This document shows positions 1 through 6,011 of a stretch of 30,320 nt of DNA, piece after piece. Positions within the stretch are counted from its first letter, which is position 1; each line of letters begins with the position of its first letter. This DNA comes from Gemmatimonadaceae bacterium (GTDB taxonomy: Bacteria; Gemmatimonadota; Gemmatimonadetes; Gemmatimonadales; Gemmatimonadaceae). The notes under the pieces were generated by a model that had not been told where the DNA came from, did not search any database, and saw only the letters and a program-made list of their open reading frames with translations. The DNA is taken from contig JBBDYA010000056.1 in assembly GCA_040902005.1 (NCBI GenBank), positions 1,688-32,007 of the forward strand. The letters are read 5' to 3'. The translations under genes and the position numbers were made by a program.

Positions 1-9
1 CCCCGGAAC

Positions 10-1251
10 TCAGGGCTTGATCACCAGCACACCGACTTCCCCGTTGAAGCCGTCCTTGATGGACGGGATTCCGGGCGGGGCGATCCAGAGACCGCCGTCG
101 ATGCGCAGGTTGATCTGGTGGACACCGGGACTCATGGGAATGAGCAGTTCCCACTGGTCGCGTCCCTGGCGGAGGAGGGGCACCGGTGTCCAGTCGGTGA
201 AGTCCCCCATGATCTCGACCGTCTCCACGCCGCCGATGCGAGCGGTGAGGCGCTGGAGCGCCGTGCCTGCGGGACGCAGCTCGAATGCGCGTATGAGGCT
301 GGCAGGCGTGGTGACGAGCACGGCCTGCCGCGGGATGGGCCAGTAGGCCAGCATCAGGCCGAGCGAGGCAAAGCGTCGAGCCGGGAACCCGCGAGCCGGC
401 TGTGCCGGTTCAGTGCCGCCGCCGGCGACCGCCGCGACCTGGCTCGTGATCCAGACAGCCGCCTGCATGGACGCCCATCGCTCCGACCGCGGCTCGATGT
501 CCAGTGAGTCGCCGAATCGGTGGCCGCCTCGGAAGGTGAGCTCCAGCAGGCGCTGCCGCCACTGGAAGCTGCCCTCCACATCCGTGAGACGCGAGGAATG
601 GCGGCAACCATCCGTGGAGGCCGCGTCTTCGGGGAACGTGGTGTTGTCGAAAGCGTTCCGGGCGCACTCCGGCCGGTTCGTTTGTGTTGTCGTGTCCAGT
701 TTCGTGAAGAAGAAGCTCGTGACGCTACCACGCAGCGTGGTGGGTCCCACGCTGGTCCAGATGCCACCGGAGCTGACGTTGACACTGGAGACCGCCCCCA
801 CGCGCAGCGGACGCGTGACGCCGGAACCCAGCCAGATGCCACCCTTCTCCTGCATCCAGTGGAGCCGCGCTTCCGCGTCGACCTGATCGCTCTGCAGAGC
901 GTAATCGTGGAACAGGTGGCTGGCGCCCGCGGACAGCTCTGCCCGGACGCCGTATCGCAGGGGTGCAAAGACCTGGGCCGACGCGGAGGCGTCGCCGAGG
1001 TGCCACTGGTTGTTGTCGTGCCACGCGGCGCCGCGTGCGCGGACCGTGAAGCGATTGGTGGCGTAGCGGATGCTTGGGGTGAGGGCGAGCGCGCGGAACG
1101 GAACTGTGCCCGGTGGGGAGTTCGTCGCGGCACCCGCTTCGAGCCGCACTTCCATCTCCGAAGCATTTTGCGCCCTCGCGCGCTGCCCTGGAAAGAGCAA
1201 CGCCAGCGTAGCCGCGACAGCGGCGGCAGCGGGCAGCTTCGGAAGATGCAT
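10..1251 (-). CDS. Exported, probably outer-membrane beta-barrel protein with C-terminal glycogen-binding CBM48/AMPK-beta-like domain
   Basis: N-terminal signal peptide (ARA-Q). Amphipathic beta-strand pattern through the body. C-terminal VEIMGDFTDW...W...PGVHQINLRIDGGLW...DGFNGEVGVL is typical of CBM48/AMPK1_CBM. Confidence 0.75.
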   Translation of the reverse strand: MHLPKLPAAAAVAATLALLFPGQRARAQNASEMEVRLEAGAATNSPPGTVPFRALALTPSIRYATNRFTVRARGAAWHDNNQWHLGDASASAQVFAPLRYGVRAELSAGASHLFHDYALQSDQVDAEARLHWMQEKGGIWLGSGVTRPLRVGAVSSVNVSSGGIWTSVGPTTLRGSVTSFFFTKLDTTTQTNRPECARNAFDNTTFPEDAASTDGCRHSSRLTDVEGSFQWRQRLLELTFRGGHRFGDSLDIEPRSERWASMQAAVWITSQVAAVAGGGTEPAQPARGFPARRFASLGLMLAYWPIPRQAVLVTTPASLIRAFELRPAGTALQRLTARIGGVETVEIMGDFTDWTPVPLLRQGRDQWELLIPMSPGVHQINLRIDGGLWIAPPGIPSIKDGFNGEVGVLVIKP

Positions 1252-1256
1252 GCGCC

Positions 1257-1931
1257 TTATTGGTTCTGGGTCTCCGGATTTTCCGAGCGAGCGCCAGGAG
1301 GTGTCGTCGGAGCCGGTCCGCGGGTTGGGACTTCCCGCGCCCGGTTCATGAGCGCGACCCCCGGATCCGTCCCTGAAACTATGTCCCTTTCAACCCCGCG
1401 CCACAAGCCCAGGAAGTCCTCGTCCGCGGCCCCCTTCTGCCAGAGCTGAAAGATCGTCTGAGAGGCGGTGTCGCGTGCCACGCCGCGGGTCACGAGATCC
1501 GAGAGCACCACGAGCGGCATCGTGAGCTCCTTGCCGGCGCCCCGCGTGCTCGCCATGTGAGCGAGCTCGACCGAGGTAATGCCGACGCGAAGCGCGTTCG
1601 CGCCCGCGGTAAGCTCGGCTGCCGTGGCGCTGGGACCGAGCGCCGCGCGGGAGCGCACCAGGGAGCGATACACGTCGCGCGTGGCGATCACGATCTGCCG
1701 TCCATTCCGGTTCTTGGCTATCCCCTCGAGCGCCTTGGACTCGATCGGATTCGTGGGGAGCCCCGCGAGGCGTGCCGAATCGAGCAGGACCTCCACGGCA
1801 TACCGATAGGCGGGGTCGAGCCGGCTGAGCGGATCGAGTGTCCGCGCGCTCGTTTCGTCCTGCGCTCGCGTGGAGGCCGGAAGCAGCAGCGCGAGCATGA
1901 GGGCGCACAGGCGCCAGGAGAGGATTTTCAC
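1257..1931 (-). CDS. Secreted hypothetical alpha-helical protein
   Basis: GTG at 1931 overlaps the upstream TGA (GTGA). Signal peptide MKILSWRLCALMLALLLPASTRA-Q. This is the real 3' part of ORF 1257..2375. Confidence 0.75.
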   Translation of the reverse strand: MKILSWRLCALMLALLLPASTRAQDETSARTLDPLSRLDPAYRYAVEVLLDSARLAGLPTNPIESKALEGIAKNRNGRQIVIATRDVYRSLVRSRAALGPSATAAELTAGANALRVGITSVELAHMASTRGAGKELTMPLVVLSDLVTRGVARDTASQTIFQLWQKGAADEDFLGLWRGVERDIVSGTDPGVALMNRAREVPTRGPAPTTPPGARSENPETQNQ

Positions 1932-2524
1932 AGGGAGGATCCCTTCACGAACAGCACGGAATTCGATCCGTAGCCGTCGTCGGGCGCGAGGGGTGCGGAG
2001 GGGTCGGTCACGAAGGAGGATCCATCGATGACGAACTGGTACGTGTGCAGCCCCGGATGGAGGGGAACGAACACGGTCCAGGTACCGTCGGTGCCAAGGG
2101 TCTGCATCGGCGTCGCCGACGCGTCCCAGCCGTTGAAATCTCCCACGACCGAGACGCGCGCGGCCATGGGCGCGATCAGCACGAACTTGACGGCGCGCGG
2201 TGCCAGGGAGTCCGGGAGTTGCGGTGCGCCCGCAACCACAGCTGCGCGCTGTTCGGCCGAAGGGCCGTCCCGGTGAATGAGAAGCCCGCTGATGACGCCG
2301 ATGCCGACCAGGCCCGCGGCGAGCGCCGCGGACGCCAGCGGGGGCAGGGCGAAACGGCGGGGCTCGAGCATCCATGCAAGCGCCGCTCGCCGCTGGGGTG
2401 CTGGCTCGGCGCGGATGGCCTCCAGGAGCCGCTCGCGCGCGCCGGCGGCGAGAGCGACGGGGCGACGCGCCTCGTCGACAATGCGCTGCAGGTCCGGCTC
2501 GAGAGATTCCACTTGATCACTCAT
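1928..2524 (-). CDS. Membrane-anchored CBM48 (isoamylase early-set-like) protein, putative anti-sigma factor
   Basis: ATG at 2524 overlaps the sigma stop (ATGA). Short N-terminal helical region, one TM helix (LASAALAAGLVGIGVISGLLI), then VSVVGDFNGW...W...PGLHTYQFVIDG...DP...DDGYGSNSVL. Confidence 0.8.
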   Translation of the reverse strand: MSDQVESLEPDLQRIVDEARRPVALAAGARERLLEAIRAEPAPQRRAALAWMLEPRRFALPPLASAALAAGLVGIGVISGLLIHRDGPSAEQRAAVVAGAPQLPDSLAPRAVKFVLIAPMAARVSVVGDFNGWDASATPMQTLGTDGTWTVFVPLHPGLHTYQFVIDGSSFVTDPSAPLAPDDGYGSNSVLFVKGSSL

Positions 2525-3054
2525 CCTTTGATGTGCTCCCACCGCGCTCTGAGTCGATCGCACGCGCGCTTCACTCGCATTTTTAGCGCCGAGACACCGA
2601 CGCCGGTCATCTGAGCCATTTCCTCGTAGCTCAACTCCTCCACGTACTTCAACACAAACGCTTCGCGCAGCAGCGGTTCCAGCTCCGCAAGCGCCCGTTG
2701 CACCAGCTCATCATCTTCCCCGGTCCAGCCCTGTCGCCGGTCAGGCGCGTTGAGCAGCAAAGCCTCTTCACGCACGAACACCCGCTCCCGATGGCTTCGC
2801 CGGGCCGCGATGCTGCGACACTGGTTGACCAGAATCCTGTACAGCCATGCACTGAACTTGTCCCGCTCCTGATACTTCGCGAGCGAGCGATAGGCGCGCA
2901 GAAACGTGGCCTGCAGTGCGTCTTCCGCATCATCCCGATTGCCCAGCAAACGCACCGCGAAGCGCGCGCAGCGCTCGTAGTACCGGTCGACCAGGGTCGA
3001 GAACGCATCCACGTCGCCGTTCAGAACGCGCTGAACGTCGGCGGCGTCGCTCAT
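2521..3054 (-). CDS. ECF-type RNA polymerase sigma-70 factor
   Basis: Region 2 DAEDALQATFLRAY...FSAWLYRILVN and region 4 LSYEEMAQMTGVGVSALKMRVKRA. Start placed at ATG 3054; the ORF is open to 3093. Confidence 0.92.
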   Translation of the reverse strand: MSDAADVQRVLNGDVDAFSTLVDRYYERCARFAVRLLGNRDDAEDALQATFLRAYRSLAKYQERDKFSAWLYRILVNQCRSIAARRSHRERVFVREEALLLNAPDRRQGWTGEDDELVQRALAELEPLLREAFVLKYVEELSYEEMAQMTGVGVSALKMRVKRACDRLRARWEHIKG

Positions 3055-3155
3055 CTCATTAGCAATAACCCACCTCCGGGGCCGCCGCGTCACTTTTCCG
3101 GCGGATGTCGCGCCTTTTTCGTTCGGGAACGGAGCGCTTGAGAGGGGAATGACCC

Positions 3156-3171
3156 CGTGATGCGGGTCACA
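3156..3171. promoter_or_regulatory. CRP/FNR-family-like operator
   Basis: CGTGA-TGCGGG-TCACA matches 9/10 of TGTGA-N6-TCACA, about 100 bp upstream of the ECF sigma operon. Confidence 0.45.
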
Positions 3172-3216
3172 ACGCGCTCTGAGCCAATCTAGCCCTCGTG
3201 TAACACCCGCGAACGG

Positions 3217-3648
3217 CTACCGCACCCTACCGAGGCGGGAGACGAAGACAGTTTCCGCGGCGGCTCGACGGCGCACCGTGATGCTCAGGTTGGCCGCCCC
3301 CGCCCCCAGCCCCCAGCCGTCGAACGCCAGGGAATCGCGTGTCCCATGCAGTGCAACCCCGTGGGCCTCCCCGATGTTTCGCGTCAACACCAGTTCGGGC
3401 CCGCGCTGAACGCGCAGCAGCCCGCTCCCGGCATCCACGTGCACCGCCACCGCGGACTGGCCGGCCAGGGCGAGCGTCCGCGCGGCACTCAGCGTTGCGG
3501 CTACGTCCCCGGCCGCCGAATGCACGGCGATCCGGTCGAGGACGTGCAGCGAGCGCGGGATGGCGATGGCCATCAGGATGCCGATCATCGAGAGGACGAT
3601 CAGCAACTCGATGAGGGAATGGGCCCTTTGCCGCGTGAATTCCCGCAT
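3217..3648 (-). CDS. Prepilin-type N-terminal domain protein (GspH/FimT-like minor pilin)
   Basis: MREFTRQRA-HSLIELLIVLSMIGILMAIAIP has E5 and a hydrophobic helix. C-terminal VFVSRLGRVR is FimT/GspH-like. Confidence 0.8.
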   Translation of the reverse strand: MREFTRQRAHSLIELLIVLSMIGILMAIAIPRSLHVLDRIAVHSAAGDVAATLSAARTLALAGQSAVAVHVDAGSGLLRVQRGPELVLTRNIGEAHGVALHGTRDSLAFDGWGLGAGAANLSITVRRRAAAETVFVSRLGRVR

Positions 3649-3812
3649 GCCCGCAACCTGCCGCCTTCGGCACGGACCCTCGGCATCCTTCGGTTGCGAC
3701 ACGGTACGTTTGATTTCGATCCGTCGTGAATGTTGGCGCGACTGACACTTTCCCCGCACCCTCTCGACCGCCAATTTGTCGCATCATTGTCTCTCCCCCC
3801 CCCCGGACTGCC

Positions 3813-4046
3813 ATGCGTCCAGCGCTTCTGCTCGCCTCGCTCGTGCTCGTTTCCTGCAGGGACCCCCGTGCCGAAGCCAATATCGCCATGGCGATGGTCG
3901 AGATGGGAACGGCGGTGAATCACATCCAGCAGGACGCCGCAATCCTGCAGTGGCAGGTGGATTCCCTTCAGCAGGTCGTGGCGCGGCAGGATACCATCAT
4001 CAACCGCCTCGCGTCGCACGTCGGCATGCCGATCGGGCCGCGCTAA
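3813..4046 (+). CDS. Small lipoprotein with coiled-coil segment
   Basis: MRPALLLASLVLVS-C lipobox and a heptad pattern (LQWQVDSLQQVVARQD). Start corrected from ORF 3726. Confidence 0.7.
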   Translation: MRPALLLASLVLVSCRDPRAEANIAMAMVEMGTAVNHIQQDAAILQWQVDSLQQVVARQDTIINRLASHVGMPIGPR

Positions 4047-4063
4047 CGCATCGGGGAGGACCG

Positions 4064-4285
4064 GTGACGATCACCATCGAGTATTGCACGCTGTGAAACT
4101 ACGAACCCCGGGCCGTCAGTCTGGCGGCCGAGATCCGCGACCGGTTTCCGTCCGCCGAGGTCAGCCTGATTCCGTCCGGCAAGGGACGGTTCGAGGTGGC
4201 GCGCGATGGCGTTCCGATCTTCGAGAAATCCCGGCTCGACCGGCACGCGAAGCCCGGGGAGATCATCGCCCTGCTCTCCGCCTGA
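4064..4285 (+). CDS. Rdx family (SelT/SelW/SelH) selenoprotein, CxxU motif, 73 aa
   Basis: GGAGGA RBS (4055-4060) and GTG start. Translation MTITIEYCTL-UGA(4094-4096)-NYEPRAVSLAAEI...LIPSGKGRFEVARDGVPIFEKSRLDRHAKPGEI. The Rdx-family sequence is continuous across the UGA. Confidence 0.9.
4111..4129 (+). promoter_or_regulatory. Putative bacterial SECIS hairpin
   Basis: GGCCGUCA-GUC-UGGCGGCC forms an 8-bp stem with a G-first apical loop, starting 14 nt after the in-frame UGA. Confidence 0.7.
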
Positions 4286-4290
4286 GCTGA

Positions 4291-5370
4291 ATGCGTCTCG
4301 CGATTTCCACCGGCGGCGGCGACGCGCCTGGTCTCAACGCCGTCATCCGCGCGGCCGTGCTTACGGCGATCAGTCGCGGCTGGGAGGTGCTTGGCATCAA
4401 GCGCGGCTTTGCCGGGCTGCTGGGCGAGGACGACGTCGTGTCGCTGACGCGCGATTCGGTGCGCGGCATCGCGCACGAGGGCGGGACGATCCTGCGCACC
4501 ACGAACCGGGGCAATCCGTTCTGCTGGCCGCGCAAGAGGCCCGATGGCACGTTCGAGGAGGTGGACCGCAGCGACGAGCTGATCGCGAACGCGCGGCAGC
4601 TCGGCATCGACGCGCTCATCGCCATCGGCGGCGACGGCACGCTGGAGATCGCCAGCCAGCTGTCCCACAAGGGAATGTGTATCGTCGGCGTGCCCAAGAC
4701 GATCGACAACGATGTGGCCGGCACGATCACCACGTTCGGCTTTGACACCGCGGTGAGCACCGCGCTCGATGCGATCGACAAGCTGCACACCACCGCCGAG
4801 AGCCATGACCGCGTCATCGTGATCGAGGTGATGGGACGGAACTCCGGCTTCATCGCATTGCACTCGGGGCTCGCCGGAACCGCCGACGTCATCCTCATTC
4901 CCGAGATTCCCTACGAGCTGTCCCGGGTGTGCGACAAGATCATGGCGCGCGACCGCGCGGGGCGCGGCTTCTCGATCGTCGTCGTCGCCGAGGGCGCGAT
5001 CCCGAAGGGCGGCACCGCCTCCGTGATGGGCGCGTCGCTGCCCGGACAGGACCGCCGCGTGGGCGGGATCTGCGGCCGCATCGCGTACGAGATCCAGCAG
5101 CAGACGGGGAAGGAGACGCGTGCGCTCGTGCTCGGGCATCTCCAGCGCGGCGGCACGCCCACCGGCTACGACCGACTCCTCGCCACGCGCTTCGGCGGCG
5201 CCGCGGTTCGCGCCGTGGAGGAGAAGAAATGGGGGCACATGGTGGCGTTGCAGTCGCCGCACATCGTGGCCATTCCGATGGCGGATGCGCTGCGCGAAAC
5301 GAAGCGCGTGGACCCGATGCACGATGTGGTGCGCACCGCCCGCGATTCCGGGATCAGCTTCGGCGACTGA
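4291..5370 (+). CDS. pfkA: 6-phosphofructokinase (group III type, probably ATP-dependent)
   Basis: Motifs TGGGDAPGLNA, GGDGT, PKTIDND, EVMGR and LGHLQRGG. Confidence 0.95.
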   Translation: MRLAISTGGGDAPGLNAVIRAAVLTAISRGWEVLGIKRGFAGLLGEDDVVSLTRDSVRGIAHEGGTILRTTNRGNPFCWPRKRPDGTFEEVDRSDELIANARQLGIDALIAIGGDGTLEIASQLSHKGMCIVGVPKTIDNDVAGTITTFGFDTAVSTALDAIDKLHTTAESHDRVIVIEVMGRNSGFIALHSGLAGTADVILIPEIPYELSRVCDKIMARDRAGRGFSIVVVAEGAIPKGGTASVMGASLPGQDRRVGGICGRIAYEIQQQTGKETRALVLGHLQRGGTPTGYDRLLATRFGGAAVRAVEEKKWGHMVALQSPHIVAIPMADALRETKRVDPMHDVVRTARDSGISFGD

Positions 5371-5484
5371 CCCCCGGTTTTGAGGACACAGCAGTCCAGC
5401 GTCCGAGACAGTTTGACCGGGCGCCACGAACGGGACAGTATTCTAAGTGGCTGTCTCATGCATACTTAGCACGATACCGACAAG

Positions 5485-5499
5485 TGGCACCGGCTCTGC
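5485..5499 (+). promoter_or_regulatory. Putative sigma-54 (-24/-12) promoter
   Basis: TGGCAC-CGGCT-CTGC against consensus TGGCAC-N5-TTGC, with correct GG-N10-GC spacing, 15 nt before ATG 5515. Inverted repeat CTAAGT-N15-ACTTAG lies upstream (5443-5469). Confidence 0.55.
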
Positions 5500-5514
5500 C
5501 TAATACACGACATC

Positions 5515-5901
5515 ATGAAGCTCTTCGTAGCGATGGTCATTGGGGTGGTCGCGCTCGCTCCCAGCGGGGCGGGGCTCCTGGCGCAGGGACGTTCCCAGGA
5601 GCGGGCCCGGCCGGACACGTCGCGCGAGATTCCGGTGAGCGCGCGGCCCCCCGCGGGGATGTGCCGCATCTGGCTGGAGAACGTTCCGGTCGCGCAGCAG
5701 CCGGCGCCCACGGATTGCGCGAGCGCGGTGCGCAACCGGCCCGCGAAGGGGCGCGTCGTGTTCGGGGACGACTACGCGAAGACGCGAACCGCGAAGGGCG
5801 ACACCGCCAAGCCGAAGCTCCCGGTGAGAGGCTTCGCGCCCGCGAACGCAGTCCAGAAGAAGCCCGACACCACGTTCCGGCCGCGCAGGCCGCGCCCGTA
5901 G
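5515..5901 (+). CDS. Secreted hypothetical protein
   Basis: Signal peptide, a PPAGMCRIW...PAPTDC Cys pair and a basic low-complexity tail. Confidence 0.75.
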   Translation: MKLFVAMVIGVVALAPSGAGLLAQGRSQERARPDTSREIPVSARPPAGMCRIWLENVPVAQQPAPTDCASAVRNRPAKGRVVFGDDYAKTRTAKGDTAKPKLPVRGFAPANAVQKKPDTTFRPRRPRP

Positions 5902-5943
5902 CAGCGACGCCCGTAGCAGCGACGCCCGTAGCAGCGACGCCCG
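5893..5943. repeat. 15-bp tandem repeat (CGCCCGTAGCAGCGA) x3.4 spanning the stop codon
   Basis: Three perfect copies plus CGCCCG, read directly. Confidence 0.95.
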
Positions 5944-6011
5944 GCGCCGCGACGGCTGGGCGCGCGCGCCACTCGGTGGCGGCGTCATCCTTGCTCCTGC
6001 CGCGCGCGTAA

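Noticed and set aside
3652..3668. Possible sigma-54 promoter upstream of the pilin gene (GG...TTGC on the minus strand)
   Set aside because: GG-to-GC spacing is 9 rather than the required 10 nt.
4084..4290. 68-aa ORF listed in the track
   Set aside because: Wrong frame. The real gene is the UGA-containing Rdx selenoprotein at 4064-4285.
5893..5943. Possible CRISPR or iteron array
   Set aside because: Contiguous 15-bp units with no spacers, and no cas or rep genes in the window.
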